Shown: positions 9,171-18,098 of the stretch, one piece after another
Layout: each line of letters starts with the position of its first letter
Numbering within the stretch: position 1 is the first letter of the stretch
IMG/VR virus record: IMGVR_UViG_2585427593_000001
Coordinates: 56,832-120,831 of that record
Length of the DNA: 64,000 nucleotides
DNA from: a virus
Taxonomy: Duplodnaviria; Heunggongvirae; Uroviricota; Caudoviricetes
Strand: one strand, 5' to 3'
Notes under the pieces: model-generated
Databases searched by the model: none
What the model saw: only the letters and a program-made list of their open reading frames with translations
What the model was told of the DNA's origin: nothing
Translations under genes and position numbers: made by a program

Positions 9171-10466
9171 ATGAGCCAGTTAGCAAACGCTGGTGCAGCT
9201 GCCACTGCACCGGACGATAAGATCTTGTGCCAGATCGACAACGTGCGCGTCCACTCGATCCAGAGCCACATCAAGAAGACCCATCCCGATTGGACGATCG
9301 AACGCTACCAGGCCGAGTTCCCTGGCGAGCCGCTCTTTTCCCAGACCGCGCTTGATGTCATCGAGCGCCAGAAGAAGGAAAAGGAGCTGGCCGCAGCGGC
9401 TGCGCCCCAGGTCAATATGGCTGTCTCCGCAGGTATCGGGCCTGCCAAGATGAGCTTCAAGAACGCCATGTTCCACGAGCTGTTCGAACTCGGCAACGCG
9501 GCCGCTGCCATGTCGTCGAAGGGCCAGCCGATCCCGGTCAAGGTGCTCGACGGTCACGACGCGCAGTCGCTCGACTACCTGCCCGAGCTCGACAAGAGCT
9601 ACGTCTTCAATATCGACCTGCTCAAGAAGGTCATCATCGGCATGGAACTGAACATGCCGACCTACCTCTGGGGCTTCCACGGCACCGGCAAGACCACGAT
9701 CCTGCAGCAGGCAGCCGCCCGCACGCGCCGGCCGTTCATCCGCGTCCAGCACACGATCAACATGCAGGAGTCGGACGTTCTCGGCCAGTGGACCGTTCGC
9801 GCCAAGGAAGTCGAAGTCGAGGAGCTCGACAATGCCGGCAAGAAGGTCGTCGTCAAGAAGCAGCAGTCCGTCACCGAATACCAGCTCGGACCCCTGCCCC
9901 TCGCCATGATCAACGGCTGGGTCTACTGCGCCGACGAATACGACTTCGCCATGCCGTCGGTCACTGCCGTCTACCAGCCGGTTCTCGAAGGCCAGGCGCT
10001 GCTGATCAAGGACGCTCCTCCGCACTTCCGCAAGATCGTCCCGCATCCGAACTTCCGCTTCGTTGCGACCGGCAACACCAACGGCGTCGGCGACGAAACC
10101 GGCCTCTATCAAGGCACGCTCGTTCAGAACGCCGCAAACTATTCCCGCTTCGCGATCACCGAAGAGGTCGAATACATGGATGCGAAGATCGAGACCGCGA
10201 TCCTGCAGTCCAAGACCGGCATCGACAGCGCATCCGCTGGCAAGATCGTCAAGATGGCGAACGAAGTCCGCAAGATGTTCCGCGACGGCAAGATCACCAT
10301 GACGGTCTCGCCGCGTGAGCTGATCCGCTGCGCCTCGCTCGGTATTGCCTACGGTGGCAACTGGTCGCTCGGCATGGAGCTTGCCTTCGCCAACCGTCTG
10401 TCGCGTGTCGATAAGAAGGTTGTCCAGGAATACATGCAGCGCGTCTTCGGTGGAGCCGCTGCATAA
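9171..10466 (+). CDS. CobS/MoxR-like AAA+ ATPase
   Basis: Walker A GFHGTGKTT and Walker B-like VYCADEYD are present, and the vWA partner lies upstream. Confidence 0.8.
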   Translation: MSQLANAGAAATAPDDKILCQIDNVRVHSIQSHIKKTHPDWTIERYQAEFPGEPLFSQTALDVIERQKKEKELAAAAAPQVNMAVSAGIGPAKMSFKNAMFHELFELGNAAAAMSSKGQPIPVKVLDGHDAQSLDYLPELDKSYVFNIDLLKKVIIGMELNMPTYLWGFHGTGKTTILQQAAARTRRPFIRVQHTINMQESDVLGQWTVRAKEVEVEELDNAGKKVVVKKQQSVTEYQLGPLPLAMINGWVYCADEYDFAMPSVTAVYQPVLEGQALLIKDAPPHFRKIVPHPNFRFVATGNTNGVGDETGLYQGTLVQNAANYSRFAITEEVEYMDAKIETAILQSKTGIDSASAGKIVKMANEVRKMFRDGKITMTVSPRELIRCASLGIAYGGNWSLGMELAFANRLSRVDKKVVQEYMQRVFGGAAA

Positions 10467-11110
10467 TGGCAATCGTTCGCGATCCGAAGCTCGACAAGGC
10501 CCAGGTCAGGGCCTTCGCATCCAAGGTTCTCAGGCGCGTTCACGGGCTTGGGGCCAAGACGCAGACCATCGACGACATTGAAAGCGAGTTGTGGGTTGCC
10601 TGGTGCATCGCCTGCGACCGTTACAGTGCCGAAGGTGGTGCTGCGTTCTCGACCTACCTCTATTCCGGCATGCGCCGGCATATCAACCGGTGGATCGAGA
10701 AGAACTTCGAACGCTTCCACGAAGAGACCATCGCCGCATCCCTGGACGCCGAAGTCGAGCTCGACGGTCAGGAAGGTCGCGGTAGCCAGGTCGGGCAGCT
10801 CGTCGCCGATCCGAACATGAACCAGGACCAGGCGTATCAGCGCGAGAACTGCTTCGCCTATGCGCTGAGCCGTGTATCGCCGCGCGCCGGCCAGTTCTTG
10901 AAGTTCCTGAAGGACCATCCGCCCGAGCTGATCGAGCGCATGAAGGATCTCGAAGCCAAGGCCGCATATGCCAAGGAGCAAGGCGTCAACTACGCCATGC
11001 CCCACCGTCTCACCTCATCGATGATCCTCGACTTCATGGGCGCCAGCCGCGTCGAGCGAAAGCAGATCATGGATGAAGTTACCCAGATCGGGCAGCTGAT
11101 TTCGCAGTAG
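10466..11110 (+). CDS. phage sigma factor (sigma-70/ECF-like region 2)
   Basis: FSTYLYSGMRRHINRWIEKN resembles sigma-70 region 2.2-2.4. The 214-aa product overlaps the CobS stop by ATG/TAA. Confidence 0.6.
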   Translation: MAIVRDPKLDKAQVRAFASKVLRRVHGLGAKTQTIDDIESELWVAWCIACDRYSAEGGAAFSTYLYSGMRRHINRWIEKNFERFHEETIAASLDAEVELDGQEGRGSQVGQLVADPNMNQDQAYQRENCFAYALSRVSPRAGQFLKFLKDHPPELIERMKDLEAKAAYAKEQGVNYAMPHRLTSSMILDFMGASRVERKQIMDEVTQIGQLISQ

Positions 11111-11117
11111 GACCAAA

Positions 11118-11666
11118 ATGACCACTATTCCTGAATTCTCACCCGGCTGTTTCGGCTCGGCCGTCGCCTTCAAGAAGGACGACACGGTATGCCGTGGTTG
11201 CAAGTTCGCTGAGTTCTGCGAGCCGGCGCATCTTGAGGCCCAGGCGGCGCTGCGTGAGCGATACGGGATCAAGACGACCCAGCAGGTGCTGTCCGATCAG
11301 AAGCAGGCGCGTGAGGCTGAGAAGGCAGCGCGCCAGGCTTCCAAGGACGCATCTGTGCTCGTGCTACCCAAGAAGACCCAGGATCTTATCGATCGTCTCG
11401 ATCGCGGCAATTACGACGTGAAAGGCAAGTTCTCGCGCGGTGAGAACCCCTTCGGCCAGTCCATGCGCTTCATGCAGATCGTCGGGCATCTACTCCTCAA
11501 TCTCAAAGACGTGCGTCTCAATCGCCAGCTCCTCGCGGCCGCCTTCGTCAAGAAGCTCGAATGGCAGCAGGGCACGGCCGATGCGCACGCCCGCATGGCA
11601 ATCCAGGCGCTGGAGCATATCGGCGCCATCGCCAACAACGACGGTGTAATCTCGCTTAGAGGATAA
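11118..11666 (+). CDS. hypothetical Cys-cluster protein
   Basis: An N-terminal CFG...CRGCKFAEFC cluster suggests a possible zinc finger. Confidence 0.5.
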   Translation: MTTIPEFSPGCFGSAVAFKKDDTVCRGCKFAEFCEPAHLEAQAALRERYGIKTTQQVLSDQKQAREAEKAARQASKDASVLVLPKKTQDLIDRLDRGNYDVKGKFSRGENPFGQSMRFMQIVGHLLLNLKDVRLNRQLLAAAFVKKLEWQQGTADAHARMAIQALEHIGAIANNDGVISLRG

Positions 11667-11671
11667 CAGCA

Positions 11672-14600
11672 ATGCATTCGGTTCTCGCAGCGCGGACTGA
11701 CTTCTCAGTCGGCGAAAGCATCCTCACGACCAAGCTTCTGATCAAGAACGCCGTCGATGTCGGTGCAAAGGCCGTCGCCATGACCGACACCATGTCGATC
11801 ACCGGCATGATCGATTTCACCAATAAGGCGAAGGCTGAAAAGCTGAAGCCGATCATCGGCGTGCGCCTGCGCCTGGTCGACAATCCGACCTGGCGTCCGG
11901 GCAAGGACGAAAAGAAGAAGGACATGCCGCGCGCCTACTTCCTGACGGCCTATGCGCGAACCGAGGCCGGCATGAAATCGATCTTCCGGATGCTGACGCT
12001 CGCAAACTCCGACGACCGCTTCTACTACGAGGCCAAGCTCGGCTTTTCGGATCTCTACGACGAGCTGAAGGCACTCTCGGGCAAGGATCTCGCCATCGTG
12101 CTCGGTGACGCCCATAGCGTTCTGGAGCATCCGCACGCCGACGGCATCGTGAGAACGATCAAGGACGAAGTGGAGCTTGTCTACGCTCCGCTGATCCCGA
12201 TCGACACGCCCTATTTCGGCCGCCTCAACGAGCTGGCGCTGGAAAAGATCGTGGACGTTGGCGTCCTGCCGATCGTCGTGCGTCCGGCCTTCTACGGCCA
12301 GGGCGAAGCTGACACGCAGGAGATCATGACGGCAATCTCCGAGAATCATAAGGTGACGGATGGCTGGTTCAGGTCGCGGCATAATCGCGACATGCATGTC
12401 ATGGGTGCGCCCGAGCTCGTCGGCGAAATGAAGAAGGCTGTCGCTCACCTGGTCAAGCGCGGCAATGAGCCGACGTTCGTTGCGGCGCAGTTTAAGAGGG
12501 GCCTCATCGCTACCGCTGAGCTGGTCGATGCCGTCGAATATGAATGGAAGAAGGCTGAGGTCTCGCTGCCCATCATGGCGCCGAACGAGTTCGCAGCCGT
12601 CGTCGAAGAGTGCAAGAAGGGCTGGAAGACGCGCTTCGACAAGCCGATCTTCGGGCATCAGCCCGACGCGAAGGAGCTGGTCGAGGTCTATAAGCCCCGC
12701 CTCGCCTATGAGCTTGAGACGCTGAAGCGCCTGAACTTCTCTGGCTATTTCCTGCTGGTGCAGGACGTGGTTCAGTTCGCGAAAACCAGCGGCATCATGG
12801 TTGGCCCTGGTCGTGGTTCCGTGGGCGGATCCCTCGTCGCGTATCTGATGGGCATTACCGAGTGCGATCCGATCCGCTTCGGCCTGCTCTTCGAGCGCTT
12901 CATCAACCCGGAACGTATCGACTTGCCCGACGCCGACCTCGACTTCATGTCCGAGCGCCGGCACGAGGTATTCGAATATCTGACCAAGAAGTATGGCGCG
13001 GCGCGTGTCGCCGGTGTCAACAACTATGGCACGCTCGGCTCTCCGTCGGCGATCCGCGATGTCGGCCGCGTCACCAATATTCCTGAAAAGGACTATTCCG
13101 TCTCGAAGTATGTGCCGAAGCTGCACGGTCAGAACGTGTCATTGCCCGAAGGTCGCAAGCAGGTCGCGGAGATCGACGCCTTCGCGCTGAACTATCCGAC
13201 CCACTGGTCGATCATGGAGCGCCTCGAAGGCACCATCCGCAACTTCGGCCAGCACGCAGGCGGCGTCATTGTCGGTGGGGTCGATATTGTCGATCGCGCC
13301 GTCGTCGAGCGCCGCAAGGATGGCAACGTCGTCTGCTGGGACAAGCGCATTGTCGAAGACCAGGGCCTGGTCAAGATGGACGTTCTCGGGCTCAACACGC
13401 TCGATCTGATGACGCTTGCGCTCGACTACATCCGCGAGAACTCCGGCAAGCGCCTCGACCTGAACCGCATTCCCCTCGATGACGAGAAGGTGCTGGCAAA
13501 CTTCGCCAAGGCGCACACGACCGCGATCTTCCAGTTTGAGTCAGGCGGTATGCGCCGGCTTCTGAAGGAGCTCGGCCGCGATGGCTCGATCACCTTCGAC
13601 GATATCACCGCGGCGACCGCGCTCTATCGTCCTGGTCCGATGGAGTCGGGCATGATGGACTCGTTCTACAAGCGCAAGCAGGGCGACGAGGAGATCGAAT
13701 ATGACCATCCGCTGATGGAGCCGGTGCTCGAGGAAACCTTCGGCGTCATCGTCTACCAGGAGCAGGTCATGAAGATCTCCCAGGTGATTGCCGGCTATTC
13801 GGGCGCTGCCGCTGACAAGCTTCGCAAGATCATGGGTAAGAAGCTGCCCGAGGAGATGAAGAAGGAGCGCAAGAAGTTCTGCGACGGCTGTGTCGCCACG
13901 ATCGGCTGCACCGAGGAATGGGCAGGCGCGCTGTTCGACAAGATCGAAGGCTTCGCCGGCTACGGCTTCAACAAGTCGCACTCGGTCGAATACACGCTGA
14001 TCTCCTACCAGGCGATGTATCTGAAGACCTACCACGCTGCCGAGTTCTACGCGGCCGCGCTGACGGTGCAGAAGGAAGAAAAGCTCACCGGTATTATCCG
14101 TGACGCAAGGATGCTCGGTATCGAGGTCTCGATGCCCGATATCAACATCTCGACCGACCGCTTCGAAATGGCGACCTCGGTGCGCCTGGTCATGCCGCTG
14201 CAGAGGATCAAGGGTCTGTCGGAGAAGGCAACCAATGCCATCCTCGAAGCCCGCAAGGCAGGTGGACCCTTTAAGGACAAGAACGACTTCCTGTCCCGCG
14301 TGGAAAAGCGCGTCTGCAATAAGCGCGTCCAGGAGGCTCTGGAGCTCGTCGGCGCGTTTGCGCGCATCGAGCCCGGATCTGTGCCGGCCAACGACCCGAG
14401 CCGCATCAAGGACCAGATCGAGCTGCTGCCGGGCCTCATCGCCAGCCACGTCCCGATCGACCACGAGCTCAACAAGGACAACGACACGAAGATTGCGCTT
14501 GGCGAGGTCGTTGACGACTACCGTCGCGCACACGGCCCGACCTCGGGCTCTGTCGACGGCTATCCGGTCAAGCCGTTCTTCGGCAGGAACGCCGACTTCA

Positions 14601-15040
14601 TGATTATCTCGGACGCGCCTGGCAACGAGGAAGACACGGGCGGCATCATGGGCTTCTCGATGTCGAATAACGCGGTTGTGGAAGCGATCGAAGCGGCAAG
14701 CCTCGACAGGTCGCACGCCTACTGGACCGCGCTCATCAAGCGTCCGAAGCGTGGCAAGCAGGTGGGTCCGGACGAGATCGCCATGTATTGGCCCTATCTC
14801 GAACGGGAGATCGACCTGCTCAAGCCGCCTATCATTGTGCTGCTCGGATCGCAGACCGTTCGCCACTTCATCCCGGACTTCAAGGGCAAGGCGTCCGACG
14901 CGGCCGGCAAGGTGATCTATTCGAAGAAGTATGACGCCAACATCGTGATCGGCTTCTCGCCTGGTGAAATCTACCACGACCCGGATAAGCAGCAGAACAT
15001 GAACGAGGTGTTCGGCGCCGTTGCGGATTGCCTGTCATGA
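11672..15040 (+). CDS. dnaE: DNA polymerase III alpha (DnaE-type) with a C-terminal family-4 UDG-like domain
   Basis: An N-terminal PHP domain is present. The DnaE signature GPGRGSVGGSLVAYLMGITECDPIRFGLLFERFINPERIDLPDADLDF is present. The C-terminal ~200 aa align to UDG4 (SDAPGNEED versus GEGPGEEED, and a GFSPGE substitution for the catalytic HPxY motif). Confidence 0.9.
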   Translation: MHSVLAARTDFSVGESILTTKLLIKNAVDVGAKAVAMTDTMSITGMIDFTNKAKAEKLKPIIGVRLRLVDNPTWRPGKDEKKKDMPRAYFLTAYARTEAGMKSIFRMLTLANSDDRFYYEAKLGFSDLYDELKALSGKDLAIVLGDAHSVLEHPHADGIVRTIKDEVELVYAPLIPIDTPYFGRLNELALEKIVDVGVLPIVVRPAFYGQGEADTQEIMTAISENHKVTDGWFRSRHNRDMHVMGAPELVGEMKKAVAHLVKRGNEPTFVAAQFKRGLIATAELVDAVEYEWKKAEVSLPIMAPNEFAAVVEECKKGWKTRFDKPIFGHQPDAKELVEVYKPRLAYELETLKRLNFSGYFLLVQDVVQFAKTSGIMVGPGRGSVGGSLVAYLMGITECDPIRFGLLFERFINPERIDLPDADLDFMSERRHEVFEYLTKKYGAARVAGVNNYGTLGSPSAIRDVGRVTNIPEKDYSVSKYVPKLHGQNVSLPEGRKQVAEIDAFALNYPTHWSIMERLEGTIRNFGQHAGGVIVGGVDIVDRAVVERRKDGNVVCWDKRIVEDQGLVKMDVLGLNTLDLMTLALDYIRENSGKRLDLNRIPLDDEKVLANFAKAHTTAIFQFESGGMRRLLKELGRDGSITFDDITAATALYRPGPMESGMMDSFYKRKQGDEEIEYDHPLMEPVLEETFGVIVYQEQVMKISQVIAGYSGAAADKLRKIMGKKLPEEMKKERKKFCDGCVATIGCTEEWAGALFDKIEGFAGYGFNKSHSVEYTLISYQAMYLKTYHAAEFYAAALTVQKEEKLTGIIRDARMLGIEVSMPDINISTDRFEMATSVRLVMPLQRIKGLSEKATNAILEARKAGGPFKDKNDFLSRVEKRVCNKRVQEALELVGAFARIEPGSVPANDPSRIKDQIELLPGLIASHVPIDHELNKDNDTKIALGEVVDDYRRAHGPTSGSVDGYPVKPFFGRNADFMIISDAPGNEEDTGGIMGFSMSNNAVVEAIEAASLDRSHAYWTALIKRPKRGKQVGPDEIAMYWPYLEREIDLLKPPIIVLLGSQTVRHFIPDFKGKASDAAGKVIYSKKYDANIVIGFSPGEIYHDPDKQQNMNEVFGAVADCLS

Positions 15041-15627
15041 AGCTGCTCGACTGGTTGAAGAAGGGGCTGGCGCGCAAGGGCAAGGATCTTCGGCGCCAGG
15101 ATGAGACCCGCAGCGGGGAGGTTAGCGCCGCTGAAACGTTCAAGCGGGTCCGGGAGACGGTGAATCCCATCCCCGTGAGCTACGGCAAGATGTGGACCGC
15201 TGAGGGGCCGAGCAAGTATCAGCAGATCGTCACCTGGCGCGGCATTCCGCTGACCGACACGCAGTATGGCTACCGGGCATCTCCCGACCTGTGGCAAGCG
15301 CGCGCAGGCATCCCGAGCGTTATCGATGGAATGAAGGTGTTCGACAAGCACACGATCACGGATTGGAACGACATGACCGAAGATGAACGTCTGGAGCTGG
15401 TCGACGAGTGGAAGAAGGTAGCATCGCTCGGCCGAATGGGCATCGTCATGCCGGGCGACCCCTCGCCCGAGGAAATGCACATGGAGCGCATGAAGCATAG
15501 GGCTGAAACTGACCAGCTCGCGGCAGATATGGAAGCTCATAAGCGCAAGCTTTTAAAGGAGCTCGAGGAGGCCGCGAATCTGGAGCAGCAGCACTACCAG
15601 GCTAATCCGACGTTTGGAGCGTTCTGA
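15037..15627 (+). CDS. hypothetical protein ending NPTFGAF
   Basis: ATGA overlap with the dnaE stop. It carries the shared C-terminal FGAF motif. Confidence 0.5.
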   Translation: MKLLDWLKKGLARKGKDLRRQDETRSGEVSAAETFKRVRETVNPIPVSYGKMWTAEGPSKYQQIVTWRGIPLTDTQYGYRASPDLWQARAGIPSVIDGMKVFDKHTITDWNDMTEDERLELVDEWKKVASLGRMGIVMPGDPSPEEMHMERMKHRAETDQLAADMEAHKRKLLKELEEAANLEQQHYQANPTFGAF

Positions 15628-15812
15628 TGGGTGAGGAAGACGCCTACGGGCTTCCGGTTCATACCGATCCAATCGATTACTTTGACCGCCCTCACCTACC
15701 TCCTCGAATGATCTTCAAGGATGGCAAGTGGCAGCAGGCGAACAAGCTCTCCTTCATGAATGAGGAGGAGCCGAATCCCTACGCTGAAAATCCTGCTTTC
15801 GGCGCTTTCTGA
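15627..15812 (+). CDS. hypothetical protein ending NPAFGAF
   Basis: Translationally coupled to the upstream ORF and ends in the same FGAF motif. Confidence 0.4.
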   Translation: MGEEDAYGLPVHTDPIDYFDRPHLPPRMIFKDGKWQQANKLSFMNEEEPNPYAENPAFGAF

Positions 15813-15846
15813 TCGACGCAGCCCGAGCGTCAGAGCGCTATAATTT
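15812..15846 (+). promoter_or_regulatory. phage promoter-like element (GCGCTATAAT), no hairpin
   Basis: The motif lies upstream of the 15873 gene. Confidence 0.4.
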
Positions 15847-15872
15847 CAGTATCTCAAACAGAGGAATGACAC

Positions 15873-16448
15873 ATGACTACCCCGACGACGGCAGACGCCG
15901 CGACTGTGTCGACGACCTACCAGGTCCGCGACTTCGTTGATGCCGCGCAGCTCAAGCGCGACCTCGCCTATTCCCCGAATAACCTGACCGATGCCATGAT
16001 GCAGCAGGCGTCCATGTTCTCCCACTACGGGATCCTGGCAGCCGACGCCGCGCGCCAGGTGGACGTGGTCAAGATGCTCCTCGAAAACACCGAGGCGGCC
16101 GTCCAGCAGATCATCCGCGACGAGCTCGCGAGCGCCGGCGAGAAGGTGACGGAAAGCATGGTCGCTGCCAAGGTTGCGCGCCATACCCGCACGATCTCCA
16201 TGAAGAAGGCGCTCAACGAAGCCAAGCGCGTCGAGTCCATCTGCAAGACCGCGGTCGAAGCCTTCCGGCATCGTCGTGACATGCTGGTTCAGCAGGGCCT
16301 GATCTCCCGCGAGGAGATGAAGGGCGAGCTGACCATCCGCGAACGCAACGCCCGCGAAGATGCTCTGGAGTCGACCAGGGCGCTCGCGCTCGACCGGGCG
16401 GCTCGTCGTAATGCCGCGAACTCTGCCGCAGAAACTTCTGCAAATTAA
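15873..16448 (+). CDS. hypothetical protein
   Basis: An ORF with an RBS, preceded by a GCGCTATAAT promoter-like element. Confidence 0.5.
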   Translation: MTTPTTADAATVSTTYQVRDFVDAAQLKRDLAYSPNNLTDAMMQQASMFSHYGILAADAARQVDVVKMLLENTEAAVQQIIRDELASAGEKVTESMVAAKVARHTRTISMKKALNEAKRVESICKTAVEAFRHRRDMLVQQGLISREEMKGELTIRERNAREDALESTRALALDRAARRNAANSAAETSAN

Positions 16449-16451
16449 GTG

Positions 16452-16497
16452 CAATCCCTCGTCATTTGCGTTATAAAGTAAGTAAGCACTTACTTAG
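16452..16497 (+). promoter_or_regulatory. phage promoter (CAATCCCTC-N-GCGTTATAAAG) plus TAAGTAAGCACTTACTTAG hairpin
   Basis: Family consensus match. Confidence 0.6.
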
Positions 16498-16525
16498 TGT
16501 GACGCCTCTTCAAAGGAAGATCCTC

Positions 16526-16789
16526 ATGGAAGCAATCATCGCATACCTGCGCAAGATCGTTGGTCTCGAACTGACCATCGACCGTGTTGTCTCTCGTCAG
16601 TCCAAGGTCGTTCGCGACCTCGAGACTCTCGAAAAGGTCCACAAGGTTAAGGCCGACAAGGCAGACAAGAAGGCAACGGCCGCATGGAAGCGCGCCGAAG
16701 CTGCACGCCTGGAAGCCGCTGACGCAGCCGAACTCTCGAACAACTGGAAGAATTCCGGACTGATCCGGCCGACCCGCAAGGCCGCCTGA
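16526..16789 (+). CDS. hypothetical protein
   Basis: ATG 16526 follows the AAGGAAG RBS. The track start at 16466 lies inside the promoter hairpin. Confidence 0.45.
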   Translation: MEAIIAYLRKIVGLELTIDRVVSRQSKVVRDLETLEKVHKVKADKADKKATAAWKRAEAARLEAADAAELSNNWKNSGLIRPTRKAA

Positions 16790-16805
16790 TCCGACGGGAA
16801 TGCAT

Positions 16806-16857
16806 GCGATCCCATCATGTGATCGCTATAAGTAGATAGCTAATTAGCTAGATAGCT
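16806..16857 (+). promoter_or_regulatory. phage promoter (GCGATCCC-N-TCGCTATAAG) plus TAGCTA palindromic element
   Basis: Lies upstream of the SSB-like gene. Confidence 0.55.
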
Positions 16858-16906
16858 AAACGGCAAGTCTTAAGCACAAAGCACAAAGCACGAAGGACTA
16901 AAGCAT

Positions 16907-17980
16907 ATGGCTCTTAACCCCGAACTGAAGAAGATGGTCTCCGCTGCCAAGAACAAGTATTCTGGCGGAAGTGGCAAGACCGTAAAGCCCAAGGACGGTC
17001 GCAACACCTACCGTATCCTGGCCCCGACCTCCGCCCAGGCTCCCTGGGTTCCGGCTTCCGGCCAGTATTGGGCCGATCTCGGCGTTCACTGGATCAAGGC
17101 AGACAAGAACGGCAAGCCGCTCGTCGTCGTTGGCGACTGCGACACCGTTTACCAGCAGCCTTCTCCGCTGAACACGGCAATCGAAATGGCGATTGCCTCG
17201 GCAATGGACGAAGACTCCAAGGAACTCTACAACGAGTGGAAGGCCAAGAAGTCGGTCCTCCTTTGCGCTGTCGATTTCTCGGGCAACCTCGATGAAGTTG
17301 TTCCGCTCGAACTGACCGGCACGACCTTCGGCAAGGTCGCGGACCTCATCAACGTCTACGACGACGCTGGTAAGGACATCACCGACCCGCTCACCGGCGT
17401 TAACATCATCATCACGAAGACCGGCAAGGGTCTGAATACCAAGTATGACGTGATGGTCGACCCGGCACCGTCCAAGCCGCTCAGCGCAGACATTCTGACC
17501 CGCACCCCGGATCTGCACGCCTTCATCGCGCAGAACTTCTTCCGTGGTGAAGAGCAGAAGGCGCTGAACTGCATCGCGCAGATCGCCGGCATCGCTGTTC
17601 CGGCGCTGACTGGTCCGTCTGGCCCGGCTGGCGTTCGCACGCCGACTGCAGCACTCGCCTCCTCGGCTGCCTCCGTTGCCGGCGCGACGGTCGACAACTC
17701 TGCGGCTATCGCTGCTGAAGCCGCCCGCAAGGCAGCTGCAGAACAGGCTGCCGCAGCACAGGCCGCAGCTGCTGCCGCACAGGCTGCTCCGGTCGAAGAT
17801 CCGCTCGCTGCAAAGCGCGCTGAGATCCTGCGTCGCCAGCAGGAAGCAGAGGCTGAGCTTGCCGCTCTGTCCGCTGAACCGGCACCGGCTGCCGCAGCCG
17901 CAACGCCGGCCGCTGGCATCTCTTCGCTGCCTGTTTCCGAACAGGACGCGATCCTCGCTGAACTCGACAACCTCGTGTGA
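16907..17980 (+). CDS. putative ssDNA-binding protein (T4 gp32-like)
   Basis: The N-terminal region is loosely gp32-like (NTYRILAP). The C-terminus is an A/Q-rich low-complexity region with an acidic tail. Strong upstream promoter elements, a CA-repeat leader and a strong downstream terminator suggest high expression. Confidence 0.45.
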   Translation: MALNPELKKMVSAAKNKYSGGSGKTVKPKDGRNTYRILAPTSAQAPWVPASGQYWADLGVHWIKADKNGKPLVVVGDCDTVYQQPSPLNTAIEMAIASAMDEDSKELYNEWKAKKSVLLCAVDFSGNLDEVVPLELTGTTFGKVADLINVYDDAGKDITDPLTGVNIIITKTGKGLNTKYDVMVDPAPSKPLSADILTRTPDLHAFIAQNFFRGEEQKALNCIAQIAGIAVPALTGPSGPAGVRTPTAALASSAASVAGATVDNSAAIAAEAARKAAAEQAAAAQAAAAAAQAAPVEDPLAAKRAEILRRQQEAEAELAALSAEPAPAAAAATPAAGISSLPVSEQDAILAELDNLV

Positions 17981-18044
17981 AGCTCCCCGCCAGGCAGTTT
18001 CCCCTCCCCTGCCTGGTCGCCTCATCGTCGCGGATGAGGCTTAG

Positions 18045-18090
18045 CGACGACGCCGATTCCCGCCCCGGCGTCGTCGCCTTTCCTTTTGAG
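18045..18090 (+). terminator. rho-independent terminator (multi-hairpin) after the SSB-like gene
   Basis: The stem CGACGACGCC...GGCGTCGTCG is followed by CCTTTCCTTTTG. Confidence 0.6.
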
Positions 18091-18098
18091 AGGCTTTT

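Noticed and set aside
9180-14977. Long minus-strand ORFs antisense to CobS and dnaE (9180..10472, 11705..13126, 13541..14977).
   Set aside because: They are antisense artefacts of GC-rich coding DNA. Their Arg/Leu-rich composition is typical of a reverse frame, and there are no RBS or promoter elements.
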